Below, in pieces: positions 30,113-41,389 of a stretch of DNA of 64,000 nucleotides. How positions within the stretch are numbered: position 1 is the stretch's first letter; every line of letters starts with the position of its first letter. Source of the DNA: an uncultured Phycisphaerales bacterium. Lineage in GTDB: Bacteria > Planctomycetota > Phycisphaerae > Tepidisphaerales > Tepidisphaeraceae. The position numbers were made by a program, and so were the translations under genes. The notes under the pieces were generated by a model. The model searched no databases, was not told where the DNA came from, and saw only the letters and a list, made by a program, of their open reading frames with translations. The stretch covers positions 4,608,001-4,672,000 of the forward strand of contig CAVWLP010000002.1 in the NCBI GenBank assembly GCA_963755915.1, read 5' to 3'.

Positions 30113-30862
30113 ATGTCACATCCATACTCCTCGTTCTGCGACGATTTCTACACCAACGTACGCCTCGGCTCTCAACTCAATTTGCCGCATCAACGCGAAA
30201 CCGTTTTGCATTTCTTCGAACGCATCCAGAAAGAATTTCCCGGCATGACCCGCTTCCGCAAAACCGACAGCGGCGATTTCAATCTTGAGGAAGACCGCTC
30301 CGGCCAGAAATATCGCTGGGTCAGCCTCGAATCGCGCCGGCTCAGCGCCGGTCAGGTCAACCCCGCCACCGTCGAAGAAGCGCTTCAACTCCACTCCCTT
30401 CTGCTCCAGCTCGCCCCCTACCACCTCGGGGTCAGCCCCGTCGAAGTCGATTACCTCGACGTCCTCTTCGGCTTCGATCTTTCCTTCAGCGGCAACCATG
30501 ACGAAGTCGTCGCCGAGGGGCTGCTGGCCGATTCGCCGCTCAATTGCCTCGCCGAGGAATCCGGCGCCAAGCACGTCGATTTTCAGCCCACGGTCACGGT
30601 CGCCCTCAGCGACGATTGCCGCCTCCAGGCACGCATTGATGTCATCACCCGAACCAACAGCTACCAGGTTCGCACCGGCGATTATTCCGATGATGTCATC
30701 AGCGTCTGCCTGATCCTCCGGCGATACTGGGGCGACCGTCCCCGCGTTGCGATGGACAAGCTTTTGCTCGAAATGGCCGAGCGTGCCGAGCAACTTTGCG
30801 ACCGGCATCTGCTTCCCAAGGTTTTGCGGCCGATTTCATCAGCCATCGCCTCCCGGTCGTGA
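30113..30862 (+). CDS. Conserved hypothetical protein
   Basis: Strong GC3 bias from ATG 30113; no motif recognised. Confidence 0.7.
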   Translation: MSHPYSSFCDDFYTNVRLGSQLNLPHQRETVLHFFERIQKEFPGMTRFRKTDSGDFNLEEDRSGQKYRWVSLESRRLSAGQVNPATVEEALQLHSLLLQLAPYHLGVSPVEVDYLDVLFGFDLSFSGNHDEVVAEGLLADSPLNCLAEESGAKHVDFQPTVTVALSDDCRLQARIDVITRTNSYQVRTGDYSDDVISVCLILRRYWGDRPRVAMDKLLLEMAERAEQLCDRHLLPKVLRPISSAIASRS

Positions 30863-30871
30863 CGCCAGTTG

Positions 30872-30924
30872 AAGCGGCGTCCCGCCGCTTGAGGATGGAA
30901 AAGCGGCGGGGATGCCGCTTCTAC
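30872..30924. repeat. Nested GC palindrome AAGCGGCGTCCCGCCGCTT...AAGCGGCGGGGATGCCGCTT
   Basis: Two inverted self-complementary units directly after a stop codon. Confidence 0.65.
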
Positions 30925-31239
30925 AGGGTGGAAACCGCTGTCAGAATAGGTAATATCAAATCTTATGGCGGTTTCGCCGATGGAAGAGATGGAAAAACAG
31001 GCGGCAACCCGGATCAACGCCGTTTTGTCGCATGTCCAAAAGGACCATGAGGATCTGAACGGAAACTTGCGCAACACCCAGCCACCGGGGTCGAGGGCCT
31101 TTCAGCCGTGCGGGAAGTTTTAGAAGCCTTGCGGCGTCTGGATAGTCGGTTGAGCAGCAGGTAGGCGCGGCGTCAGGCTGCGTAAAACTTGGTAGAACCC
31201 GGTCTCTCACCGGGATTGGGACTGTCGAGGTTTTTGAAG

Positions 31240-31898
31240 ATGTCCAATGAAACCCAAAGCGCCGCCGCAGGGGAAATCGCCACCACCGGACCAATCGTTG
31301 CCAAAGCAGGGCGCTACTACCGCGTCGCCCGCTACCTCATGACCCTCCTGCTCATCGCTTACGGCGCCTGGTCCATCTACGACGGATTCTACAGTTGGCC
31401 CAACTGGCCGATCACCCACCCGCGCAAAGACCCAAGACCGACACCGACATCGCACTCAACAAAATTCTCGGCGTCGTTCTCCCCCCTGTGGGCATTGGCG
31501 TCCTCGTCTGGGCACTCTATAACTCCCGGGGCCAGTACCGCCTCGAAAACGGCCTCGTCACCGTGCCCGGACATCCACCCGTTCCTCTTGACAAAATCCA
31601 GTCGGTCGACCGCGAGCTCTGGGACCGCAAGGGAATTGCCTACATCGAATACGACCTCAGCGAATCCCCCCAGCAACGCACCAGGGGGAACACCGGCGCT
31701 CCGGTAGCCTACGAAGGCGTAAAAAAAGGCGCCACCGGCACCTTCAAGCTGGACGATTTCGTTTACGAGCGCGATCCCACCGATCAGATTTTCAAAATCA
31801 TCGAGGCCTCCCTCCTCAAAGCCGCCAGCGCCGCCCCCCCCATCCAACCCCCCGCCGCCAAGCTTCCGCCCCGGCCGACGCTGGGGACGAAGAGATAA
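31240..31898 (+). CDS. Membrane protein (frameshift ~31425)
   Basis: Two TM segments split over two overlapping ORFs; Pro-rich tail. Confidence 0.65.
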
Positions 31899-31919
31899 GC
31901 CACAGACCACCCCGCGGCA

Positions 31920-32348
31920 TCACCCCGCAATCCGCCGCGCATTCGGAAACGTCATCGATTGCATGCTAACCCCGATGGCCACGAAGATAATGGAGGGATA
32001 AATCGACCCGTTGACGACCGCCGTGACCATGCCGAAAGTGGAGACCATATCGCACGCGGCCCAGAAGAGAATTGTGGTCGTGAAGTAGACCTTCGCGGGC
32101 ACCCGCCCATTGATCTCCGTCCGGCGGAATAGCTTGGCACGCATCCCGAACGTCATCGGCACCGTCAGCGCCAGAATAGCGATGTTCATCCAGATGAGTT
32201 GGGGGTTAGGGGTTACGCCGCGGCGATGCGGTATGGCAACCGAGTCGATGACGGCGATGCCCACGATCTGACTCATGATCAGGGCCAGCCAGATGAAGCG
32301 TAGGGTCCAGATTTGTCGCATTGAGGCACTATTCTCGGTGGGGATCAC
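31920..32348 (-). CDS. Small 4-TM hypothetical protein
   Basis: Hydrophobic segments; start overlaps the upstream stop. Confidence 0.6.
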   Translation of the reverse strand: MIPTENSASMRQIWTLRFIWLALIMSQIVGIAVIDSVAIPHRRGVTPNPQLIWMNIAILALTVPMTFGMRAKLFRRTEINGRVPAKVYFTTTILFWAACDMVSTFGMVTAVVNGSIYPSIIFVAIGVSMQSMTFPNARRIAG

Positions 32349-32897
32349 CCGTTGTCCATCTTGATCACGCCCCGCTGCCGCTTTACGGCAATCACACGCT
32401 GCTTCAGCATCTCAAAAAGGGGACGCGGTTTGGGAATGCCCAGCAACTGGAGCTGCGGCATGGTTTCATCGTGGGCGACGATGGTGATCGTCCCGACGTC
32501 CATAATGCGGGCGAGCAACGACTGGTGGAAACGGAGATCTTCAACGTGCCAAAGCTCCATGGTATCGATGTTTTTAGCCAGCAGGCCGCGCTCGAAGTCG
32601 ATGCGATAGTTGGTGATGCGGTACCGGACCCGCTTGGTCATGATCCAGGGGATCAGCGGCATGCCCAGGCCGGTGAGGATCACGATGGCACCGATCCACC
32701 AGGGCTGGAACTTGATAAAAAAAATAAGCCATCCCCCCAGGGCAAGCAGCGCGGCCGCGATGAGCAGAAAAAGCGTCAGTTTCGCCGCATAAGCGCAAAG
32801 GCGGCGAGCCTTCAAAATAGATTTCCTCCTTGTCATCGGGGATGGCGTGGGGTTCGCCGGGCGCGGCTGGAAGTGGATCGGGAGTGGGATGACTCAT
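32345..32897 (-). CDS. Bacterial PH-domain (bPH_2) membrane protein (frameshift ~32800)
   Basis: 'EEIYFEGSP' in one frame, then TMs and 'YRITNYRI..ERGLL...DVGTITI'. Confidence 0.8.
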
Positions 32898-33307
32898 GAC
32901 TCTTCCTCAGAGAGGGTTTCGATTCGCTTCCACATTTTTTCAGGCACGGGAACGACGCTGAGCCGCCCGATGCGCAGGAAAACCCAGTCGGTGAAAGTAG
33001 GATCAGCCTTGATGGCCGAGAGGGTGACCTCGTGGGCCAGTCGGCGCTTGGGACGCAGGTCGACGACCACGCGGCGCTCGTCTTCCAGCTTGGGGTCTTG
33101 ATACGGGTCGGAGGTGATTTCCGCGACGCCGACGGCGGCGCGCTGGTCGCCCGTGTGATAGATAAACGCCAGATCCCCCTTTTTCATCGCACGGAGGTGT
33201 TTGAGGGCCAGCGCGTTGGAGATCCCGTCCCAGACGGTTTTCTTGTCCCGGATGAGATTATCACAGGAGTAGCTGTCGGGTTCGGTTTTGAGCAGCCAAA
33301 AAGCCAT
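32894..33307 (-). CDS. EVE domain protein
   Basis: 'WLLKTEP', 'WDGI.N', 'MKKGDLAFIYHTG', 'RLSVVPV'. Confidence 0.92.
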   Translation of the reverse strand: MAFWLLKTEPDSYSCDNLIRDKKTVWDGISNALALKHLRAMKKGDLAFIYHTGDQRAAVGVAEITSDPYQDPKLEDERRVVVDLRPKRRLAHEVTLSAIKADPTFTDWVFLRIGRLSVVPVPEKMWKRIETLSEEES

Positions 33308-33318
33308 GCTTTTCCGTA

Positions 33319-33753
33319 TCAGGTGAGGTTTGACGGCGGCCTGGTGACGGAAGGGATGGAAGCGGTGCCGTCGATGACCTGGCGCTGATACGCCTGGCGG
33401 ATTTTTTGCAGGAGGTCGATGAACTCCACCTGTGCCAGGTTGAAGTTTTTGATCTTGATGTGCGAGACGATCTTTGCCTGCAGGTTTTCGAGCTGGAGGC
33501 GCTGGGCATCGGTGACCGGCCTCCCCTGCTGCTCCTGCCGGCCGAGGTTTTCGAGCTGGCGCTCGAATTCCGCCAAGAGGCGGCCTGCTTCGGCATCCTC
33601 GCTGATGGCTTTCTGGGCGGATTTGTAGCGCTCCACCGTGGGGTGCTGCTTGAGGAGTTCGCCGAGCTTTTCGGCGGCATCCATAATTTGCTTGGTATCG
33701 ACGGGCAATGGTGCTCCTGTTGAACCACCCACTATAATCGACGGAACCGCCAT
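33319..33753 (-). CDS. YlbF/YmcA-like regulator
   Basis: Helical 'IMDAAEKLGELLKQHP.VERYK.AQ' pattern. Confidence 0.7.
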   Translation of the reverse strand: MAVPSIIVGGSTGAPLPVDTKQIMDAAEKLGELLKQHPTVERYKSAQKAISEDAEAGRLLAEFERQLENLGRQEQQGRPVTDAQRLQLENLQAKIVSHIKIKNFNLAQVEFIDLLQKIRQAYQRQVIDGTASIPSVTRPPSNLT

Positions 33754-33774
33754 TTGTCATGGGCGAGAATTGCC

Positions 33775-34808
33775 ATGGGCAGATATGACCGCCAGGAAGT
33801 TCTGGACCTGATCGGGGCTCGGGGGCAATTGCGCCTCAAGGAATCGCGCGTTCTGATCGTTGGCTGTGGAGCGCTCGGATCGGTCTCAGCGGAATATCTG
33901 TGCGGGCGGGGGTCGGTTTTCTGCGGATCGTGGACCGGGATCTGGTGGAGCTGACCAATCTTCAGAGACAGACCCTATTTGATGAGAAAGATGCGGTCGA
34001 GCAGATCCCAAAAGCGGCGGCCGCCGCGCGGCGACTGGGGCAAATCAATCGCGAGATCAAGATCGAGCCGATCGTGGCCGACGCGAATGCCGCAAATGTC
34101 GAGGGCTGGGCAGATGTCGATGTCATCGTCGATGGAACGGACAATGTGGCGACAAGATATTTGCTGAACGACGTCGCAGTGAAGCACAAGATTCCTTGGG
34201 TTTATGGCGGATGCGTGGGGGTGGAGGGCAGGGTATGGGGAATTTGGCCAGGAAAGACGGCTTGTTTGCAGTGTCTGTTTCCACAGCCACCGAGCTCGGC
34301 GGAGATGGCAACGTGCGACACGGCCGGAGTGCTCGGTCCCGCGGCGGGGATTGTCGGGGCGATGCAGGCGGCGATTGCCATTCGGTTCCTGGTGGAAGGT
34401 TCCCCCGGCGAAGGCAATGAAAGTGGGATGATTTGTCTCGACGCATGGACGGCCAGTTTTCGGCGGATGGAGTCGGCGGCGAAGCCGAGAGAGGATTGTT
34501 TGTGCTGTGGAGCTGGAAATTTTCGATTCCTCTCGACGAAAGCCGAGGATTTCACTACAAACCTGTGCGGAAGGTGCGCCGTGCAGGTGGTTCGGTATGA
34601 GCCGGGACAAGCGATCGATCTTCCGGCGACGGCGCGGCGATGGGAGAAGATTGGAACGGTGGGAGAGTCAGCGTGGTTTGTGAAATGCCGGTTGCATGAG
34701 CCGGCTGGAATTGATCTGACGCTATTTGCCGATGGGCGGCTGATCGTCCATGGGACAAACGAGCCGATGCGAGCGAAGTCGCTTTATGCAAGATTTGTTG
34801 GAAGCTAG
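33775..34808 (+). CDS. moeB: ThiF/MoeB family adenylyltransferase (E1-like), frameshift ~33900
   Basis: 'RYDRQ', 'VGCGALG', 'DRDLVELTNLQRQ', 'DGTDN', CxxC pairs, 'TCDTAGVLG'. Confidence 0.88.
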
Positions 34809-34863
34809 AGTTACGATCGACGTTTGATATTTTCCTACTTTCCCCTAGTATTTGTAGGAGTTT

Positions 34864-35826
34864 ATGCCTTTGGCGTCGGTTCAATCCGGAAAGCAGGGTC
34901 GATCGATTCTGGAATTGATCGGTAACACGCCTATGGTTCGCTTCCAGCGGATTGGCAAGGAGTTCCCCGAGGTCGAGCTGCTGGCGAAGGCGGAGTGGTT
35001 TAACCCCGGGGGATCGGTGAAGGATCGGGCGGCGCTGGGGATGGTCCTGGACGGAGAACGGCGCGGACTGATGACGAAAGAAAAGATTCTGATCGACGCG
35101 ACCAGCGGGAACACGGGGATCGCCTATGCAATGATCGCCGCCGAGCGCGGTTATCGGGTAACGCTGGCGATGCCGAAGAACGCCAGCGAGGAGCGCAAAC
35201 AGACCCTCCTGGCGTATGGCGCGGAGCTGATTCTGACCGACCCCACGGAGAGCACCGATGGGGCCCAGCGCTATGTGCGAAAGTTAGTGGCGGCCGAGCC
35301 GGGAAAATATTTCTATCCGGACCAGTACAACAACGACGCCAACTGGCGGGCGCATTACGACACAACCGCGATGGAAATCTGGCGGCAGACCGATGGGCGC
35401 ATCACGCATTTTGTGACCGGACTCGGAACCAGCGGAACATTTGTCGGAGTGACCCGGCGGCTCAAGGAATTGAACCCGGCGATCCAGTGCATCAGCATGC
35501 AGCCGGACGCGCCGCTGCACGGACTAGAGGGTTTGAAGCACATGCCGACCGCGCTGGTCCCTGGGATTTACGATGAATCGCTGGCGGACCAGCAAATCGA
35601 GGTGGATACCGAACGGGCGCACGAAATGGTCCTTCGATTGGCGCGGGAGGAGGGTTTTCTTGTCGGCGTATCATCCGGGGCAAATCTTTGCGCGGCGATG
35701 CAGGTCGCGAGCCAGATCGCGACGCAGGAAAAACCGGGCGTGGTCGTGACTGTTTTCTGCGACTCGGCGGCAAAGTATCTTTCGGAGAGTTTCTGGAAAG
35801 ATGTCAAGACCGAAGCGGAGAACTGA
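34864..35826 (+). CDS. cysM: PLP-dependent cysteine synthase (CysM-like)
   Basis: 'IGNTP', 'NPGGSVKDR', 'ATSGNTG', 'GLGTSGT'. Confidence 0.88.
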   Translation: MPLASVQSGKQGRSILELIGNTPMVRFQRIGKEFPEVELLAKAEWFNPGGSVKDRAALGMVLDGERRGLMTKEKILIDATSGNTGIAYAMIAAERGYRVTLAMPKNASEERKQTLLAYGAELILTDPTESTDGAQRYVRKLVAAEPGKYFYPDQYNNDANWRAHYDTTAMEIWRQTDGRITHFVTGLGTSGTFVGVTRRLKELNPAIQCISMQPDAPLHGLEGLKHMPTALVPGIYDESLADQQIEVDTERAHEMVLRLAREEGFLVGVSSGANLCAAMQVASQIATQEKPGVVVTVFCDSAAKYLSESFWKDVKTEAEN

Positions 35827-35828
35827 CC

Positions 35829-36267
35829 ATGACCCTGATCCTGAGCAAAGCACAGATCGCGCTGATCGAGCGGGAGGGCGTGGAGGCATATCCGAACGAA
35901 TGCTGCGGCGCGCTCCTGGGGAAGGACATATCCGGATCGAGCGCACGGCGAGTGGTTTCGGAAGTCAGGCCGCTCAGGAATTCCTTTGAAAGCGGCGAGC
36001 AGTTTCACCGGTTTTCCCTGGATGCGCGACCTGATGGAGCTGGAAAAGACGGCGACGCTGGCGGGGCTGGTGGTGCTGGGATTTTATCATAGCCATCCGG
36101 ATCATCCGGCAAAGCCGAGCAAGACGGATTTGAAAAGCGCGTGGCCTTTTTACAGTTACGTAATCGTGTCGATCGCCAAAGGAAAGCCGGAGGAGCTGAC
36201 GAGCTGGCAACTGGACGAGGCCACCGAAGAATTCAAACCGGAAACGATCGAGAGGAGCGCGACATGA
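35829..36267 (+). CDS. M67/JAMM metallopeptidase (Mec-like), frameshift ~36020
   Basis: 'EAYPNECCG' then 'GFYHSHPDHPAKPSKTD'. Confidence 0.88.
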
Positions 36268-37145
36268 GCGATGATTATAAACATCCCGAAATGCTCGTGA
36301 GCACAGCGTGGGTGGCGGAACACGCGGGCGACGCGAACGTGAAAGTCGTGGAAGTGGACGTTGATACGGGCGCCTATGAGAAGGGGCACATCCGCAATGC
36401 CATCGGCTGGAACTGGCAAACGGATTTGAACGACCGCGTGCGGCGGGACGTGATCGACCCACGCAGTTTCGCCGAATTGAACCGCGCGGCGGGCGTGCGG
36501 CCCGAGGATACGCTGATTTTTTACGGCGATAACAACAACTGGTTCGCCGCGTGGGCGCTGTGGCAGTTTAAATATCACGGACACAAAGATGCGCGGCTGA
36601 TGAACGGCGGGAGAAAGAAGTGGGAACTGGAAAAGCGCGAGCTGGTGACCGATCGGACCTCATTCCCCCGCAGCAACTATCCCGTTCCCACAACCGATGA
36701 ATCCATCCGCGCGTATCGCGCAGAAGTTGATTCGACGCTGAACAAGAAGCAGGTAAACCTCGTGGACGTACGATCTCCCGATGAGTTTTCCGGAAAGATC
36801 ATCGCGCCGCCGGGGATGACAGAGACGGCGCAGCGCGGCGGACATATTCCCGGAGCCAAGAGCGTTCCCTGGGCAAAAGCCGTGAACGAGGACGGGAGCT
36901 TTAAGAACTCGGGAGATTTGAAAAAGCTTTATACCGATGCCGGGGTCAATTTTTCGAAGCCGACCATCACGTATTGCCGGATTGGAGAGCGGTCGAGCCA
37001 TACGTGGTTTGTGCTGAAGTACCTGCTTGGAGTTGATAACGTGAAGAACTACGATGGGAGCTGGACGGAATGGGGCAATTTGATTGGGGCTCCGATCGAA
37101 ACCGGTGAGGCGGCGACGGCGCTTCCCAATGTGAAGTGCGAATGA
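36264..37145 (+). CDS. sseA: Thiosulfate sulfurtransferase (double rhodanese)
   Basis: 'GHIRNA', 'DVRSPDEF', 'GHIPGA', 'YCRIGERSS', 'NYDGSWTEW'. Confidence 0.92.
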   Translation: MSDDYKHPEMLVSTAWVAEHAGDANVKVVEVDVDTGAYEKGHIRNAIGWNWQTDLNDRVRRDVIDPRSFAELNRAAGVRPEDTLIFYGDNNNWFAAWALWQFKYHGHKDARLMNGGRKKWELEKRELVTDRTSFPRSNYPVPTTDESIRAYRAEVDSTLNKKQVNLVDVRSPDEFSGKIIAPPGMTETAQRGGHIPGAKSVPWAKAVNEDGSFKNSGDLKKLYTDAGVNFSKPTITYCRIGERSSHTWFVLKYLLGVDNVKNYDGSWTEWGNLIGAPIETGEAATALPNVKCE

Positions 37146-37155
37146 TGAGGAAATT

Positions 37156-38115
37156 ATGGCACTGAAACCACAAGGACGGATTTTCAACGATATCACCGAA
37201 ACCATAGGCGGAACGCCGCTCGTCCGCCTCAATCGGTTGATACCTAAGGATCAGGCGACCGTATTGGTCAAATGCGAGTTCTTCAATCCGCTGTCCAGCG
37301 TCAAAGACCGTATCGGCGTCGCGATGATCGACGCGGCGGAGAAGGCAGGGAAGGTTAACAAGGATACGGTGATTGTTGAGCCGACCAGCGGGAATACCGG
37401 GATTGCGCTGGCGTTTGTTTGTGCCGTGCGCGGGTACAAGTTGATTTTGACGATGCCGCAGAGCATGAGCATCGAACGGCGGCGGCTGCTGAAGGCGCTG
37501 GGGGCGCAGGTGGAGTTGACGCCGGCGGAAGACGGGATGCGCGGGGCGATTGACCGGGCGGAAACGATCTTGAAGGAGAACAAGAACAGCTTCATGCCGC
37601 AGCAGTTCAATAATGAGGCGAACCCGGAGATTCACCGCAAGACGACCGCGGAGGAGATCTGGCAGGACACCGAGGGGAAGGTGGATATTCTCGTTGCCGG
37701 CGTGGGGACGGGCGGGACGATTACCGGGGTTTCGGAAGTGATCAAGCCGCGCAAGCCCAGCTTCAAGGCGATCGCGGTGGAACCGGTTTCCAGCCCGGTG
37801 ATTACGCAGACTTTGAATCATCAGACGGTGAAGCCCGGCCGGCACAAGATCCAGGGGATCGGGGCGGGGTTTGTCCCGAATAATTTGCATACCAATATTG
37901 TGGATGAAGTGATTCAGATCACGGATGACGAGGCGTTCGCCTGGGCGCGAAGGCTCGCGAAAGAGGAAGGGATTTTCGGGGGGATCAGTTCGGGGGGAAA
38001 CGTAGCGGCGGCGGCAAAGGTGGCGGCGCGGCCTGAAAATAAGGGGAAATTGATCGTCACCATCATGTGCAGTTTCGGCGAGCGATACCTCAGCACGCCC
38101 CTATTTGAGGAATGA
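37156..38115 (+). CDS. cysK: Cysteine synthase A
   Basis: '[10 protein letters not shown]', 'EPTSGNTG', '[10 protein letters not shown]', 'SFGERYLST'. Confidence 0.95.
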   Translation: MALKPQGRIFNDITETIGGTPLVRLNRLIPKDQATVLVKCEFFNPLSSVKDRIGVAMIDAAEKAGKVNKDTVIVEPTSGNTGIALAFVCAVRGYKLILTMPQSMSIERRRLLKALGAQVELTPAEDGMRGAIDRAETILKENKNSFMPQQFNNEANPEIHRKTTAEEIWQDTEGKVDILVAGVGTGGTITGVSEVIKPRKPSFKAIAVEPVSSPVITQTLNHQTVKPGRHKIQGIGAGFVPNNLHTNIVDEVIQITDDEAFAWARRLAKEEGIFGGISSGGNVAAAAKVAARPENKGKLIVTIMCSFGERYLSTPLFEE

Positions 38116-38116
38116 A

Positions 38117-38728
38117 ATGGCTGAACAGAAAGCGACGAACGTAACGTGGCACGAAGGGTCCGTTAGCCGGGATGAGCGGCAGAAGCTCCTGAACCAGAAA
38201 GGCGTGACGATCTGGATGACCGGGCTCTCCGCCTCGGGCAAGAGCACAATCGCGTGCATCCTCGAGCAGATGCTGCTGCATAAAAAGAAGCACGCGTATC
38301 GGCTCGATGGCGACAACATCCGCATGGGATTGAACAAGAACCTCGGATTCTCGGCGGAGGACCGGGCGGAGAATATTCGTCGCATCGGCGAAGTGGCGAA
38401 GCTGTTTACGGATGCGGGGGCGATCGCGATCACCAGCTTCATTAGCCCGTACCGGAAGGATCGAGATGCGGTGCGCGCGAGCCTGAAGCCGGGGGAGTTT
38501 ATCGAGGTCTATGTGCATGTTTCGCTTGCGGAGGCGGAAAAGCGCGATCCAAAGGGATTGTATAAGAAGGCGCGGGCGGGGCAGATCAAGGGATTTACCG
38601 GGATTGATGATCCGTATGAGGCGCCGGAGAAGGCGGAGATCGTGATTGAGACCGAGAAGCATAAGCCCGGGGATGCCGCGAAACTGATCCTGGGATACCT
38701 GGAAGAGCGGGGGCATTTGAGCGCATGA
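38117..38728 (+). CDS. cysC: Adenylyl-sulfate kinase
   Basis: '[12 protein letters not shown]', 'LDGDNIR', '[10 protein letters not shown]', 'FTGIDDPYE'. Confidence 0.96.
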   Translation: MAEQKATNVTWHEGSVSRDERQKLLNQKGVTIWMTGLSASGKSTIACILEQMLLHKKKHAYRLDGDNIRMGLNKNLGFSAEDRAENIRRIGEVAKLFTDAGAIAITSFISPYRKDRDAVRASLKPGEFIEVYVHVSLAEAEKRDPKGLYKKARAGQIKGFTGIDDPYEAPEKAEIVIETEKHKPGDAAKLILGYLEERGHLSA

Positions 38729-38822
38729 CTGAGCCGCGGAGATGGATTGATGAGTTGTCGTTATCGCATTTCGGTTCGTGCGCTGCTGTGAAGCAATTTC
38801 CCCGGAAACCGTTCGGAAAGAT

Positions 38823-39697
38823 ATGAGTAAGCAGTTCGTAGATCTTCACTGCCATTCAACGGCGTCGGACGGAACGCTGCCCCCTGCGCAGGTGATGCGC
38901 CTCGCGGTGGAGCGGGGCCTTTCGGCCCTGGCGCTGACCGACCACGACACCGTGGCGGGAATCGAAGAAGCCACAACGGAGGCCCGGAAGCTGGGGATCG
39001 ATTTTATTTCCGGGATCGAAATCAGCGCCGAGTATCCCCATCCGGGCACGATGCATCTGCTTGGCTATGGGGTCGATCCGGCCCGCCCGCGCTGCGCGAT
39101 CTCACCAAGACACTGCTCGAGGGGCGAGACAACCGCAATCCCAAGATCATCGCCAAGCTGCAGGAGCTGGGCGTAGATATTGCGATGGAGGAACTGACTG
39201 CCGAGGCGGGCGGGAAGGTGCTGGGCCGGCCCCATATCGCGGCGATTCTGCATCGGAAGGGATACGTCTCTTCGATCAAGCAGGCGTTCGATAAATATCT
39301 TGCCCCTGGCGGACTGGCATATTTCGATAAGGAGCGGCTGACCCCCAAGCAGGCGGTGGGCATGATTTTGGAATCCGGGGGAATTCCGGTTTTGGCGCAT
39401 CCCATTCAACTGCGCTATCAGAACGACGCCCAGCTTGAGCGGATCGTAAAAGACCTCATCGACCTGGGGCTGCGGGGAATCGAGGTTTTGCACAGCGATC
39501 ACGATGCGGCAATGGTGGAAAAATATTCGGCGCTGGCCCAGCGCTATGGCCTGCTCAAGACAGGCGGAAGCGATTTTCACGGCACGAACAAGGCGGCGAT
39601 TGATCTGGGAAATGCCAATGGACGCAAGATTCCGCGGGAATTTTTTGATGCGCTAGTCCAGGCGAAGCAGCCGCAGGCGGTGGCGAATGCAAAGTGA
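38823..39697 (+). CDS. PHP-domain phosphatase (TrpH/YciV-like), frameshift ~39085
   Basis: 'DLHCHSTASDG', 'TDHD', 'GRPH', 'LAHP', 'TGGSDFHG'. Confidence 0.9.
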
Positions 39698-40432
39698 GAC
39701 GATCGCCCAACTCGACCTGCCGGCCGTGAACCAGATGATGGCGGGGAGCAATGCCGCGCACATCATTGAATGGACGGCGGCGCAGTTTGGGGATGACGTG
39801 GTAATGTCGTCGTCCTTTGGGGCCGATTCGGTCGTGCTGCTGGACATGGTGCGGCGGGTGAAGCCGGGGATCAAAATTGTTTTCGTGAATACCGGATTTC
39901 TGTTTCCGGAAACACATGCCTATATGGAGCAGCTTCGGCATAAGCTGAATCTGAACGTCTGGATATATCGCACGCGGAACGATCCGCTGACCTACTTGCG
40001 GACGGCAGGCGAGGAGAATCCGAGCTGGCGGAAAGATATTGATGCCTGCTGCGCGGCCAACAAGAATGAGCCGTTTGAAAGAGCGATGAAGGAGCTCTCG
40101 CCAAAAGCGTGGCTGCGCGGAATTCGTCGGGACCAGGCGAAGACGCGCCGGGCACGCAGTATGTCGAGTGGTCGCAGCGGTATCAGTGCTACGCGGTTTC
40201 GCCGCTGCTGAACTGGACGTCGCGAGATTTCCATGAGTATGTGAAGAAGCACGATCTCCCGCGGCATCCGCTCTGGGAGAAGGGGTACGTGTCGATCGGC
40301 TGCAATCCGCTAAGCTGCACGCGTCCCGTCGGCGAGGGCGAGGACCCCCGCTCCGGGAGATGGGCCGGGCAGGATAAGATCGAGTGCGGGATCAATGTAG
40401 ACCGGAATTCGCTCGATTCGGCGAATCTTTGA
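39687..40432 (+). CDS. cysH: APS/PAPS reductase, frameshift ~40150
   Basis: 'SSSFG', 'TGFLFPET', 'CC...K.EP', 'GIRRDQ', 'GYVSIGC', 'RSGRW', 'ECG'. Confidence 0.92.
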
Positions 40433-40554
40433 AAATTTCTGGGTCGCATGATGTATTTCTTGGCGCGGTTCGACTGAGCTCACCGCGCCAAGGAAGAAAG
40501 AGGCAAGGTAAGCGATGGCCTTGTGGGTGTTGCGGTCAGGTCGGGGAGATAGTT

Positions 40555-41278
40555 ATGAAATCCAAAATGATGACATTGAATGCGCGGTGGTTGGTGCTGG
40601 CGCTTTTGCTGCCGATGGGGTGCAGCGCGACGATTGAGAAGCAAGGGACGGGCGATGTGGTGGGGTCTTCGGCAACGACGCAGCCGGAGGGTTTGGGGGT
40701 TCCTGGCGCCGAAGCCAAGCTTGGTGGGACCGAGACAATCGTGTTTTTGCGCCACGGGGAGAAGCCGCGTCATGGGCTGGGGCAAATCACGCCGCAAGGG
40801 CTTAACCGGGCGATTGCTTTGAGCACGGTGCTTCCGGAAAAGTTTGGCAAGCCGGATTTTATTTTCGCCGGACCCGTCGCAGAAAGTCGAGCATGAGGAT
40901 GGCTCACAGTTTTATGTCAGGCCATTGGCGACCATCGAGCCGACGGCGATAGCGCTGGGAATGCCGGTGCAAACGCCGTTTGGGTATCGCCAGATCGATC
41001 AGCTTGACGAGGAGCTGACGAAGCCGAAGTATGCGAATGCGATTATTTTCGTGGCCTGGGAACACGGGCGTGAGGCGGAAGCGGCGGCGAACCTCGTCGA
41101 GATGTTCGGCGGGAACAGGTCGGATGTGCCGCCCTGGGCTGGGGATGATTATGACAGCTTGTATGTGGTGAGGATCACGCGGCCGATCGATAAGCCCCCC
41201 ACCGTGACATTCACGCACGAGCATGAAGGGCTGGATGGCGAAAGCAAAGAGATGCCGGTCCCTGCCGGGCGAAACTGA
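40555..41278 (+). CDS. Histidine-phosphatase-like lipoprotein, frameshift ~40868
   Basis: Signal ending MGC; 'FLRHGEKP', 'RPLATIEP', 'VAWEH'. Confidence 0.75.
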
Positions 41279-41389
41279 GCCCGGGTTCTGCAATAGAATC
41301 CTGCCTGGTGATTGTTAGACGTTCGATCCTCCGCTTCCAGTCTGCGGCGCCTAATCCATGCGCGCCATTTGTAAGACGTTGTCAATGTT

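Noticed and set aside
30930-31235. SRP/6S/tRNA gene or 47-aa ORF in the gap
   Set aside because: No diagnostic RNA motif and no independent support for the short ORF.
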